Shown here one piece after another: positions 1-24,200 of a stretch of DNA of 64,000 bases. The position numbers and the translations under genes were made by a program. Source of the DNA: Blastocystis sp. Blastoise (taxonomy: Eukaryota > Protista > Bigyra: Opalinata); assembly GCA_039096225.1 (NCBI GenBank), contig JBBPEB010000007.1:186001-250000 (forward strand), in the 5' to 3' direction. Positions within the stretch are counted from its first letter, which is position 1; every line of letters starts with the position of its first letter. The notes under the pieces were generated by a model that made no database searches, was not told where the DNA came from, and saw only the letters and a list, made by a program, of their open reading frames with translations.

Positions 1-9826
<9,826 letters not shown>

Positions 9827-11900
9827 ATCCAAAAATTTTTTTTTTCTGTTTCATGTTTTTATTTATTCCTTCATGGATATTTCATATTCATTTTCATAGT
9901 TAGTAAACATTATAAAATATATATTTTTGATTTCAATGCATTATAATTGTTTTGTTGTATCAATAGCAATTTCTATGATATTATAGAAACAAGGAGTTGT
10001 AATAAAATGAATTTGTTAACTCATAAATATTAAACAATATCAGTGCCTTCCCTGGGGCCCTTTTTTTTTGCGGCGCAGCAATTGTCACAAAAATTTGTGA
10101 CACAAAATTGTATTTATGTTAATATCTCTTTCATTTTTGATTTTAAAAATATATAAAAAATATAAGCATATCAACCACATCGTAATTGTTTGAAATAACC
10201 ACTTTTTAGAAAAAAAGACTCGGGTGGTAGCAACATTATTTTTTTAGACATTTAAAACATTTCATCTCTCAATATAGAAATTATTTGAATATTGATAGAA
10301 GTTTTTTAGCATATACAATCAAATATAATCAATATATTTTTAATTCTAACAAATTCACTCAACTCATGTACTTACAAATTGACGACTCAATACTTGATTA
10401 GACATTAAAACTATATTAATTTTATTTTTTTAATTTGAAACACGTCAAAAATGCAACATTTCTCTTTTTTGAATCACAACTTATCTTATAAAATCAAAAA
10501 ATGTTAAGTGTTTTGAATATAAACCTCAGTATTTAAGTCATTCATTATATAATTCCTCAATAGACATAATAATAACAACACGTATACAAAATGATGAAAG
10601 CAATATTATATAAAATTATGTGTCATAGCAATATTCACTACCCATTTTATTCAAAAGAACGTTTAAAATATAATAATAACTAGATAATAGTATTTATACC
10701 AATAAATAGAAAATAAAACAGAAATTTGTATAAAACTTTTTGTTTTTACTTTCGATTTTTAGGTTTTTAAATTTGTTTTTTAATTGCAGAGTCTATAAAT
10801 TAATTAAATATTTTTTTTATATTCTATACACAATATATCTTATAGATATATATATATATTTTAATAAGTATTGTTTATAGTAAATATATTTAAAATAATG
10901 ACAATATACGTATCTCCTTTATATTAAATTAAAAAAGGTAAGTACAAGATTTATTTGGCCGAATGGTCATGCATGTGCTTGGTGTTTTGCCATCCGAAGA
11001 TCGAGTCGCAACGGTGTCTTATTTTTTAATTTACATTTTTGTTTTATAAGAGAATAATTTGAATACTTACTTTTAAAATAAACAGTGTGTATTGTTGCAT
11101 TTTGAAGGGAATAAAAACAGATTATTTTTTTTGTCACACACAGATGTAATTAAGAATTTCTAAGAAAAACAAGTATAAATAGGCTTATTTAAATTATAAA
11201 CTATTCTGCTTTCATTTGTGATATAAAAAGCATACTATTTTCTTTTGTAAGTAAATTTAATTCAAAATAAAAAAGTAATTATTCAGATATATTTTACAAG
11301 AATATAACAATATATTATAAGTTCTTCTATAGTTTAGTTGGATAAGTGTTTGTTGTGGGTTAGATGGATGAAGGATCGAATCTGTCATTTTGCTTTTTTT
11401 TTTTTATAAAACATAAATGTGACATTTTTCTATTTTTCTAAGCATCTAAAAGGATTTGAGCGTTCTTGATCATTTTATGGGTTAAGGAAGTCTGTACCTA
11501 CTAAACATAGTGATATGAGGTCATTTAGAGATTTTTGATACCCGATTAGGTGGATCGCTCATTCAGCGACCTATGAAAAAAAATAGTGCACCAATGGATA
11601 GAGCGCAAGAAAGACCCTTTAGCTGGAATAATGAGACCTATTTAAGAGGAATTAAAGAGAATTTACAATGATTTGATTAAAAAGTATAAACTTTTTCAAA
11701 ATTATCAAAAACAAAATAATGTTTTTTGATCAATATCATTTATTATTACGAATTTGAAGGTTTTAATGAAATTTTAAAAAAATATAAAATAAAATTATAA
11801 TGGGAAAATTCGTAAATTACTGTAAAAAATAAAAAAAATTAATAATAAATAAATTTCTTTTATTACTGTTAATATCTATCATAATTACTCTATATAAGAT

Positions 11901-12722
11901 ATGATAACAGCTTCATTCATTATATATTCACTTCCTATATATGTTAGAGAGTATATTGGACAAACTGATGAAAACTATTTCCATGATACTCATGAAAAAT
12001 ACTATATAAAAGATCTTTTATCAACCACTCATGTATTATTTCAGTTTTTATTAGATTTAAATATATTATATAGAATGGAAGAGCTCAAAAAGTAAGAGAA
12101 TACAAAAATTTCATTGACAAGATTCGTGATTCTGGTTATGATATATTTTTTATTATTGAAGGTATATTATATATATTATATATAAAAAAGTTATAGAAAT
12201 CGAAAAAAAACAGAAACCTTTCTATAATGGTACAACGAAAACTTTAAAAGAAATATCAATAAGTAAGTAATTTAATGATATGATATATGTTTGTTATGAT
12301 TATAGCAAGTGAATCACTTTCAAAACGGATTATAGAAGCTAGAAATGAATTATCATCATTGACAAGAGAAAGAATACAAATAACATGTAGACATGATGGT
12401 TATATATGCAGTATATATATACTATTTTATATATATACTATATATATTGTATTACTTTTGTTTATATACTATAGTAACATCAAAAAAAGAAACCCAAATA
12501 CTAACTAATTTTATTTCAGAAGAAAGAAATACAAATGTAAATGTGATTCCAGTTTTAAATTGTATATATATATATATATAACTATGTTCATTATTACTAC
12601 TAGTATTACTATCGTAAATAATATTACTATCATATATATTCTTCTAGCTAAAAATAGTTCAATAGACACAACAACTGATTTATCAATGGATAAAGATACC
12701 ATAAAGATAACTAACTATTTCC

Positions 12723-12762
<40 letters not shown>

Positions 12763-15700
12763 TCTAAGCAGACTAATAATCCTCTTTCACCTCAAATAAA
12801 TAAATCAAAAGAAGTAACTACTATGAAGTTAATGGCAATTTCTAGGTTTATTTCTGATTCATTTGCTTCTCTTCTTTTAACATCATCAACAACTATTGAT
12901 ACAATAGAAAAAATATATTCTCTTCTTCCATGTCAATATCAGGATTTAACAGTTTCATCTACTTTGGTTAACATAAATCATTCAGTTGAAACTAATCTTC
13001 AACATATAACAGATGAAAATTCTATTACTTCTGAAATTTCTGATAATAGCTTATACAACTACCCTATATTTACAATTAATGCTTCTCTTCATTATAGTGA
13101 TCAACTATTTAATACAATTCAAAATGTTATTGGTAATATATCTATTGATGATAAAAATACTTCTCTTTCTTCTTTAAATGAAAAATGGATAACCTATCTA
13201 AACAGTAACATAAGTACTATTATACAAATGATATCATATATTACTGATGATCTTCTATTTTATGATATAGAAACATATAAAAATCCAACTATTAAGAGTA
13301 TATTAAAACATAATGGAACATATAATAAATTTATATGTTATAATCAAAAGAACAAACGATGGTACTGTATCTCCTGTTTAATCTATTCAAATGATCCAAT
13401 GATACTAGGAAATAACTATACATATTCAACTATACAGAATCATATGAATACTGGTAACCATAGATCCTCAATGAAAATGTTTAGGAAATTATTGGATAAT
13501 TTAAAAAATAATCAAACACTTTTAGTTAGTCCATCAAATAGATGTGTTACTACGGATAATGTACGGATATGGAAATACTTTTTAAAAATATTTTATAATT
13601 GTATGTGTACATGTTTGAGTGATATTCATTCAATATATGGTACTACTACTCTTATATCTTCTCCTCATTGTGGTATGTTTATAACTCTTCTTAAACTTAC
13701 TGCAAAAAATGATCCTATCTTTTATCAGTTTTTGAATGAAAATTCAAAGATTTATCAATCAGTTAGATCAATTCAAAGATGGATTCCTTTAATTGTTTCA
13801 AATATGACTGATGTATTACGAAAAAGAATAGGAAATAATTTATTTAGTATTACTACTGATTCTACTACTTCACAAAATTTAGAAGAACTAGTAATAACTA
13901 TAAGATATACTGGTAAAGATTTTAGTATTCATCAATACTTTTTAAGTATTCTTGAAGAAACGTCACCTTCTGGAATTATTATATCAAGGTCTATTCTTAA
14001 TTGTCTAAAAAATTATAACTTCAATAAAAATAATATGTGTTGTGTATCTTTTGATAATTGTGTTTGTAACACTAGTTTGACAAATGGTATTATTACCAAT
14101 TTGTCATTAACTCCTAATTCTATTATTGGTTATGGCTGTAAGGTTCATCTTTTGAATTTAGCTTTAATAGACTTGCAAAATATATGTGTCGATTCTTCTT
14201 TTTATATTAATACTATTAGTGATGTAGCCTCAAGCTGGTCTCGATGTTCTAGATTACGAGTCATTATAAAAAACAATGGTTATAGTTCACATACACTTCC
14301 TCAAATATCCCAAACACGTTTTACTGCTCGTTATTTTTCTATACTACCTTATATTATATATCCAAAACAAACCCTTTGCAAGATATTTCTACTTTATTTT
14401 TATTCCTATAACAAAAATACTGTCTGTTTTAAAAATTGTGAAAAAATGTTGAAAATTCTTGGTGAAGTATCTTTTCATATTTATATAGAATGTTGGTTCT
14501 ATTTATTAAAAGTAATAAACGAAAGTTCATGTAAGCTTCAATCAGAAACATTAACAGTGTCAGAGGCACTGACTATTATAAACGATATGTTTGATAAACT
14601 ATCTTTACTATCTTCTCCTCAAATTATTTCAAAAATCTATAACAATTCTATAAAGAGAAGAGAGTATATATATAGTAAAATAACTTTATTGATTCATTGT
14701 CTTCAATCATATCATAATGATACAGAAAATAAGGAATGCATTAGTTCTATTCTTGGAGTTATGAAGAATTTTGATGAGTATGATAGTGAGTTTAATATTC
14801 ATATAAAAGATGATATTGATTTATATAATCTTGACGAAGATTCAAGTAATGAACAGGATGATTTATTATCTGATACGGATTCTTTAGATAGTAATATTTC
14901 TCCTGAATCAGATAAAAGCTCTTTCATTCGTACCTCATTATCCATTACTGAATCTATCGCATCCATTCTTAATTATAGAGATGAAACAGAAAGACAAAAC
15001 CTATTAAAAACATCTAAAATAAATGGTGTTGATTTTCCTAAAAGAAAGAAGTATTTATTTATATGTATAACATGATATGTATAAATAGTAATATATATAA
15101 TATAATATATAATATATACAATATAATATAAATATAATATAATATAATATAATATATAATATAATATATAATATAATATATAATATATACAAAATAATAT
15201 AAATATAATATAATATAATATATAATATAATATATAATATAATATATAATATATACAAAATAATATAAATATAATATAATATAATATATAATATAATATA
15301 ATATATAATATAATATATAATATATACATTTTTAGGCTAAAACAGAATGTATTAATAAATCATGATAATGATATTAATATGGCTCCTGTTTGTGATAATT
15401 AATATCCTTAATTTAGTTCATGTAGCGTACGGTGTCTCACACACTTTCACATTTATTGACTTTGTTATTAACTTTTATAAAATAAAAATAACATCATAAA
15501 AACCGGAACACAATTCTGAAAATGACTGTTAAAGAAATTTTTCGAAAACTCTAAATTTCTGGCTAAAAAACGCAAAAAACCATTTTCGCACAAAATTTTA
15601 ACCAAAATTATTGGATTATTTCTATTTTATCCAATATTTTTCATTTTAATAAAAACACTTATTTTTCGTTTTTTATTTTTTATTGTTTTCTTATTTTTTC

Positions 15701-18700
15701 TATATCTACTCACATTCTTTATATTTATTTTTATAAAATTGACTTTTATTGACGGGTTAGTCTAATAAATAGTTTTGACGGGTAAATTTGTTTATATTTA
15801 GAAGTTGACAACATATCAATACACACATCACTAACTATAAACTCTAAAACCATTTTATATGCAATGATACTGACCTCAACTACTCTGAAACAACAATAAT
15901 TCCTTTAAATAACAACAAAAGACAAACTGATATCCAACACATTCCTTCTTTATAAACTTATTTGAGTTTATTCAAGTGATTTTGAATCAATACATGTCAG
16001 AAATATGTCTTTTAGTTGTTTAAAAAGTTTTCATAAGAAAATATTTGATAATAGAAATTTTGATGTTTTGATAGTATAGTTTGTTATTCGTCTTTCTCCT
16101 TGAGTTTTGGGTATTTTTTAAAAATAAAAGTATAATTATAATTAAGATAAGCTATTGCAGATACATATTTTTTATTTTATCTAAATATTGAATATTGACT
16201 GAGAAACATTCATTTATATGAAAAACATAAAAATGAAAATTTTCAAAAAAGGGTATAGTTTGTTATTGTGATTTCTCAATCAATTCTTAATAAAATAAAA
16301 AAGTTAAAACATATTTAGAAACTAGACATGTCATAGCAGATACATATTTTTCATTTTTTTAATTAATTGAAAACTCAGGTGACAAGAGTCAATAGTTGAA
16401 CTCAATAAAAAATGACTTTCAAAAAATTTTCTTAAAAAGTTTTCATTTGTTTTTTGTTTATATTTTCATCATTAACAATTTTATTTGACATTTTACTTTA
16501 TATTTAAAAACTACATACCAAAATAAACATATTTTACAATTTTATTTTGTTTTTAAAAGACTTTAACAACAGATCACCAGACAATGTTAACTCAATAAAC
16601 TCTTAAAACGTTTTAATATGTGTTTAGAACCACTCATAGACACTGAATATGACTTATTTGAAAAAGTTAAGACAACATGTTGAACTGATACAGACAATGT
16701 TTGTTTTAAAAAGTTAGTTATGAGTCTTTATGAGTTGTATATGTCATAAATAAGCTTAAAATAAATAAATAAGTTTTTAATTGTCTTTAATTAGTGAAAT
16801 AAATCGTTTAAAAAAAGAAAACATTTTTGATACTATAGTTTATTTTGACAATTTCTCCATCAATATTAATTTTTAAAAAATAAATAAAACTTATATATAA
16901 ACTAGACAACCTATAGTTTATATATTGATAAAAATCTTATCAAAATATATAATAACTTTTGAGATAAAAAATTATATATGAAAAACATAAAAAAATTATT
17001 TTTTGAAAAAAGGGTATACTTTATAACATTAATTTCTCAGTCAATATTTTATTATTTTATATAATTTTAACAAATAAATACATAGAATAAGATATATTAA
17101 TTATATTATTTTTAATATTTGAAATTAATAAAAAAATGAGTTCAGTAGAGTCAATAGTATAACATGTTAAAAAACTGAAAATTGAAAAATCGTTTTTCTA
17201 AAAATTTTCTGAAAGTTGACAAATCAAATTCATATTTGACAATTAATTTTTACATATTTGAAAACTAGACATTATATGTATTGCATATCTCAAAAAAATG
17301 GTCAAAAGTGGAGTTGACGAGTGAATGAGTATATATAACATGTTGGCTCATAATTTTATAAAAAGTAGTTCAATATGTCCTAAACCACATATTAGGACAA
17401 TTCTATAAATATTATCACTTTATAATGAGTTTAAAGGGTAAAATAATTTTGAATTGTCTGTTTGACTGTCTTAAGTGAAGAGATTCAAGTCACTTTTTGT
17501 AAAAATGAGTATTAGAGTGTTTAATGTTTATAATAATAAAAGAATTGTTTGAAATAAAGGTGGTTGTGTGTTTGACCAAAATGTTAAAATGAGTCTATTT
17601 TAAAAAAATGGTTAGAATAAGAAAGTATTGAGTGTTTTTGGAGTATTTTATATTAAAATCTACAATAAATAAACATTTTAAGTTGTTTAAAAATTTGATT
17701 CTTTAGAATTACAATAGTTAAGTCAAGAGATTCAAGTCACTTTTTATAATAATAATAAATAGACTTATTATAGAATATAAAATATTAAAAATTAGTTTAA
17801 TTAAACATGGTTGACTGTTTGATAGGGAATGTTAGAATGGGTAAAAAGATTTTAATTGTTTCTAAAACAGTATAATACGTTTTTTTGTCACTAAATACAA
17901 AAATATTATTGTTTAAAGAATGTTTTTTATCTTTCAAAAGAACTCATTTTTTGTAATTGTGACTTTAAACAAATGAAATTCAAGTTACTTTTTATAAATT
18001 AAAATAATAAATTAAATATATATGTATATTAGCATAAAATTAGTTAAAATAAAAGTGGATATGTGTATTTCAAAACGTTAAAGTCTTTTAGAGTTTTTTT
18101 AAAATAACTCATTTGTTTTATAAACTATATTTTATGTATGATAGTTACAGTTTTTAAAGTACTAAATCTATTTATGATATAGAATGTAATTTTTGGTTTA
18201 TATTTAGTTTTTCGTTTCATTTAATGAAATGATTTTGAAAACATTATAAAAAATGAATAGATAATTTTTAAAAATAATTCTTTTTTTCTTTTATAAAAGA
18301 AATTCTATATATGATAAATATTTAGAAAGAACTCTATGAGTTATTATCGATTATATAGAATAATATATATATTTTAATTATTAAAAATATATATATATTT
18401 TTTTAAATCCAAATTGAAATAGGAGTAATAAAAAATAATAATATTATAAACATTTGAATCTGATAGTATTAAAATATAGTAACTATTACATATAATTAAA
18501 CATTTATTAATAAGAAAAGGGGTATAATAAAATATTAAATATATATATATAATAGTATATATAAAAAGAAATGATAGAATATAAAAAATCAAATAGAGAT
18601 AAAAATGATAATAATTTAAAATGGAATAAAATAATATATGAGAAAATTTATAAAAGAATAAATAATATTTTTTAGACAAAAGAGTAAGTTCTTTCTCATA

Positions 18701-21296
18701 ATAATAATTATATAGAATAATTAAAAATAAAAAATAAATTCTTAAAGATAAGAAATAACTGATAATAATAAGTTTTAAAAGAAAAAATATTTTATAATCA
18801 TAATAATATTGTTTAAAGTATAAAATATTTATAAAACTAAATGAATTTATAATTACAAAAACAGTTATAAATAAATTAACAAAGAAAAGTGAATTAATAT
18901 AGAAAACTAAAATATAAATTTAAATCTAAATAGAAATCTAAATAGAAATAGAAATAGAAATAGAAATAGAAATCTAAATAGAAATCTAAATAGAAATAGA
19001 AATAGAAATAGAAATAGAAATAGAAATAGAAATAGAAATCTAAATCTAAATCTAAATCTAAATAGAAATAGAAATAGAAATAGAAATAGAAATAGAAATA
19101 GAAATAGAAATAGAAATAGAAATAGAAATAGAAATAGAAATAGAAATAGAAATAGAAATAGAAATAGAAATAGAAATAGAAATAGAAATAGAAATAGAAA
19201 TAGAAATAGAAATAGAAATAGAAATAAAAATAGAAATAGAAATAGAAATAAAAATAGAAATAGAAATAGAAATAGAAATAGAAATAGAAATAGAAATAGA
19301 AATAGAAATAGAAATAGAAATAGAAATAGAAATAGAAATAGAAATAGAAATAGAAATAGAAATAGAAATAGAAATAGAAATAGAAATAGAAATAGAAATA
19401 GAAATAGAAATAGAAATAGAAATAGAAATAGAAATAGAAATAGAAATAGAAATAGAAATAGAAATAGAAATAGAAATAGAAATAGAAATAGAAATTGAAA
19501 TCTAAATTGAAATAGAAATATGAATAAGATTAAAAATAAAATATAAGAGCTAATCAATTATTATTAATAAACAATAAATATATATAATCAATAATAAAAA
19601 TAGCTAAAATGATACTAAATAAAAAAGGAAATACTACTCAAAAAATGTAATATAAAATGTTAAATAGGAATTATCAATAAAGTGTGAATTAAATTATTTA
19701 GAATATACTAAACTAATAACTAAACAATAGAAGATAACAACTAAAACAATTGAAATAATAATTTATAAAATATGAAATAGTCTTCATCCTAAAAATAAAA
19801 AAATAGAAATGAATAACAAAAACATAAAAATAAACATAATATTTAAAAAAAAACCAACATAAAATATAACAATTAAGAGATGACAACTATCAAAACTCAA
19901 GCGTAGGCTGGCGTAGCCAGTCGTGAAACGCTTGTATACATAATAATAATAATATAAACATGAAATGTGTAGCAAATATCAATTGTATTCAATCAAATGA
20001 ATATATCCACCAAATAGAATTAGAAGAAATAGAAAAGAGATTATCTAGTGTTTCATCTTCATCCCAATCAGAAATCAATTTAATAAATCTGGAAATATTT
20101 AATGTAGAAGATAATGATATTGATATATTTTATTCCACGTTAATCAAACTTAAAACTTCATTATATTCTTCTATTACACCAAATGATGACAATAAGAACT
20201 TAACTGATTACTCTGAAGGATCGAATAATTCAGCTTCTTTATCAGATATTATTAAACCAAAAAGATCTAGAGGAAGACCAAGAAAATCACCGGATATTGT
20301 TCAAAACTCTAATAATAATATTTGTGGTAGTAGTACTTCATCATCTGGACAGAAAAGAGTATTAGAAGAACTGAATAATGAAAAAGGACAGAATATTATT
20401 AGTAGTTCATTATTACAGGAGTCTTCAGTTATTTCATTCGAAGATAAAAGGAAACATGTTTATTCTCAATTATCGTCATCATCCTATATGTATATAATAT
20501 TATATATAATATAATATAATATAGAATATATAAATAATATAATATAATATAATATAATATAATATAATATAATATAGAATATATAAATTATATAATATAA
20601 TATAATATAATATAGAATATATAAATTATATAATATAAAATATAATATATAATATAATATATGTATAGAATACAATTTGGAAACAGTAAGGATAATATTT
20701 ATGAGTTTTCAGCAAATATGAATTTGATGGTTTTACGAATAAGACAGAATATAGTTTCAAGATTATATAAAAACATAATAAGGGATTTATCATTATCATT
20801 CTTTATTTCACCCAGTTTAATAGCAGATACAACTGATGATATACAATCATTATATATTCATATATTTTATTCAATGTTCGCTTCAAGACTTCCTGATAAT
20901 TTTAAATTAAGAATTACACCCATTGTAAGATACTTAAAGAAAACAATATCTTCTTTGTCTACATTAAAAGATCTTGTAGCAGTTGTAAAGAAAGAATATC
21001 CAATCGAATCTTCTATCTATGAACTCGTGATAAACCTGAGTTTAACTGTGAATCCAACAAGTATTAAGAGTGAAACGTGTTTTAGCGCGTTAAAAAGAAT
21101 AAAGGATTGCTATCAAGCAAGTATGAAACCAAGTCTACTTCAAGCATATATGTCCAGCACATGTAATTATGATCTTCTTTCTTCTCTAAATAGTACTGAA
21201 ATTGTTGATAAATATATTGAAAGACTTCATTTACCAGTTCTGAGTAATACTCTGAGTAAAAAGGTTCTAAGAAATGAATTACTTAATTGTGAATAG
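11901..21296 (+). CDS. hAT transposase (DUF4371/ZMYM-like N-terminal part, hAT dimerization C-terminus); multi-exon, interrupted by an insertion at ~15402-19934
   Basis: ORF 12823-15075: zinc finger WYCISC...HMNTGNH, FSITTDSTT (D1), VSFDN (D2), GCKVHLLNL (CxxH), SQTRF (TRW-like), LQSE. ORF 19960-20514 has an AT-hook RGRPRK. ORF 20661-21296 has PTSIKSETCFSALKRIK (catalytic-E, ERxFS-like motif). The 5' exons (11901-12760) are tentative. Confidence 0.85.
17470..18230 (+). repeat. ~245-248-bp degenerate tandem repeat anchored by GAGATTCAAGTCACTTTT; also at ~23390/23635/23880, ~25090/25577/25821 and ~29718/29962
   Basis: The anchor motif recurs at ~17479, 17727 and 17975, and at 244-248-bp spacing (or multiples) elsewhere in both elements. 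Confidence 0.7.
18907..19520 (+). repeat. (AATAGA)n hexamer microsatellite, ~600 bp, inside element 1
   Basis: Near-perfect hexamer array with occasional AATCTA variants. Confidence 0.95.
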
Positions 21297-24200
21297 AATT
21301 TTATTATTAATATCCTTAATTTAGTTCATGTAGCGTACGGTGTCTCACACACTTTCACTATTATTGACTTTGTTATTAACTTTTATAAAATAAAAATAAC
21401 ATCATAAAATACGGAACACAATTCTGAAAATGACTGTTAAAGAAATTTTTCGAAAACTCTAAATTTCTGGCTAAAAAATGCAAAAAACCATTTTCGCACA
21501 AAATTTTAACCAAAATTATTGGATTATTTTTATTTTATCCAATATTTTTCATTTTTATAAAAACACTTATTTTTCGTTTTTCATTTTTTATTGTTTTCTT
21601 ATTTTTCCTATATCACTTCACATACTCTATATTTATTTTTATAAAATTGACTTTTATTGACGGGTTAGTCTTATAAATAGTTTTGACGGGTAAATTTGTT
21701 TATATTTACAACTTGACAACATATCAATACACACATCACTAACTATAAACTCTAAAATGGTTTCAGTTGTTATGATACTGACCTCAACTACTCTGAAACC
21801 ACAATAATTCCTTTAAATAACAACAAAAGTCAAACTGATATCCGACACATTCCTTCTTTATAAACTTATTTGAGCTTTAATGTATTTATTTAACTCTGTA
21901 TCCGTCATAAATATGTTTTATATTTTAATAATATGTTTTAATAAGAAAATATTTGATAATAGAAATTTTGATGTTTTGATAGTATAGTTTGTTATTCGTC
22001 TTTCTCCTTGAGTTTTGGGTATTTTTTAAAAATAAAAGTATAATTATAATTAAGATAAGCTATTGCAGATACATATTTTTTATTTCATCTAAATATTTAA
22101 TATTGACTGAGAAACATTCATTTATATGAAAAACATAAAAATGAAAATTTTCAAAAAAGGGTATAGTTTGTTATTGTGATTTCTCAATCAATTCTTAATA
22201 AAATAAAAAAGTTAAAACATATTTAGAAACTAGACATGTCATAGCAGATACATGTTTTTCATTTTTTTAATTAATTGAAAACTCAGGTGACAAGAGTCAA
22301 TAGTTGAACTCAATAAAAAATGACTTTCAAAAAATTTTCTTAAAAAGTTTTCATTTGTTTTTTGTTTATATTTTCATCATTAACAATTTTATTTGACATT
22401 TGACTTTATATTTAAAAACTACATACCAAAATAAACATATTTTACAATTTTATTTTGTTTTTAAAAGACTTTAACAACAGATCACCAGACAATGTTAACT
22501 TAATAAACTCTTAAAACGTTTTAATACGTGTTTAGAATCATTTATGGACACTGAATATGACTTATTTGAAAAAATTAAGACAACATGTTGAACTGATACT
22601 GACAATGTTTGCTTTAAAAAGTCAGTTATGAGTCTTTATGAGTTGTATATGTCATAAATAAGCTTAAAATAAATAAATTTGTTTTTAATTGTCTTTAATT
22701 AGTGAAATAAGTCGTTTAAAAAGAAGAAAGCATTTTGGATACTATAGTTTATTTTGACAATTTCTCCATCAATATTAATTTAAATAAAATAAATAAATCT
22801 TATTTATAAACTAGACAACCTATAGTTTATATATTTATAAAAATATTATCAAAATATAAAATAACTTTTGAGATAAAAAATTATATATGCAAAACATAAA
22901 AAAATTAATTTTTGAAAAAAGGGTATACTTTATAACATTAATTTCTCAGTCAATATTTAATTATTATAAATAATTTTAGCAAATATATATAGAGAATAAT
23001 ATATATTAACGATATAAATTTTAACATTTAAAATTAATTAAGAAATGAGTTCAGTAGAGTCAATAGTATAACATGTTAAAAAACTGAAAATTGAAAAATC
23101 GTTTTTCTAAAAATTTTCCGAAAGTTGACAAATCAAATTCATATTTGACAAATAATTTTTATATATTTGATAACTAGACCTTATATGTATTGCATTTCTC
23201 AAAAAATTAGTCAAAAATAAGTTAGACGAGTGTATGAGTATATGCACATGTTGACTCATAATTTTGAAAAAAGTAGTTAAATATGTCCTAAACCACATAT
23301 CAAAGCAATTCTATAAATATTATCACTTTATAATGAGTTTAAAGGGTAAAATAATTTTGAATTGTCTGTTTGACTGTCTTAAGTGAAGAGATTCAATACA
23401 CTTTTTATAAAAATGAGTATTAGAGTGTTTAATGTTTATAATAATAAAAGAATTGTTTGAAATAAAGGTGGTTGTGTGTTTGACCAAAATGTTAAAATGA
23501 GTCTATTTTTCTAAAATGGTTACAATAAGTATATATTGAGTGTTTTTAGAGTGTTTCATATTAAAATCTACAATAAATAAACATTTTAAGTTGTTTAAAA
23601 AATTATTTTTTTAGAATTACAATAGTTAAGTCAAGAGATTCAAGTCACTTTTTATAAAAATAATAAATAGACTTATTATAGAATATAAAATATTAAAAAT
23701 TAGTTTAATTAAACATGGTTGACTGTTTGATAGGAGTGTTAAAATGGGTAAAAAGATTTTAATTGTTTCTAAAACTGTATAATACGTTTTTATGTCACTA
23801 AATACAAAATTATTATTGTTTAAAGAATGTTTTTTGTCTTTCAAAAGAACTCATTTTTTGTAATTGTGACTTTAAACAAAAGAGATTCAAGTTATTTTTT
23901 ATAAATTAAAATAACAAATTAAATATATGTGTATATGAATATAAAATTAGTTAAAATAAAAGTGAGTATATGTATTTAAAAACGTTTAAATCTTTTAGAG
24001 TTTTTTTATAATAACTTATTTGTTTTATAAACTATATTTTATGTATAATAGGTAAAGTTTCCAAAGTATTTAAATCTATTTAGTTATGAAATGGAATGTA
24101 ATTTTTGTTTTATATTTTAGTTTTTATTTCTTATTTCTAAAATGATTTTGATAACACTATAAAAATTAAATAAATTTGAATTAAGTAATTTAAAATAATG

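Larger units (their letters stand above)
15402..19934 (+). mobile_element. Non-autonomous Helitron-like element 1, inserted in a transposase exon
   Basis: Starts (ATA)TCCTTAAT and ends with a GC-rich hairpin CTGGC-GTA-GCCAG followed by CTTG|T. A^T insertion site, no clear TSD. The first ~2.9 kb is closely similar to 21310-~24200. Removing it rejoins the transposase in frame. The 5' boundary is uncertain by a few nt (15399/15402/15405). Confidence 0.7.

Noticed and set aside
18907-19557. 216-aa (FL)n ORF; also a possible telomeric repeat
   Set aside because: Translation of the AATAGA microsatellite; it is internal to an element and not a G-rich telomere motif.
15402-24200. The ~2.9-kb direct repeats as LTRs of a retrotransposon
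   Set aside because: No TG..CA ends, PBS/PPT, TSD or gag/pol; the sequence between them is the hAT transposase C-terminus, and hairpin+CTAG/CTTG ends fit Helitrons.
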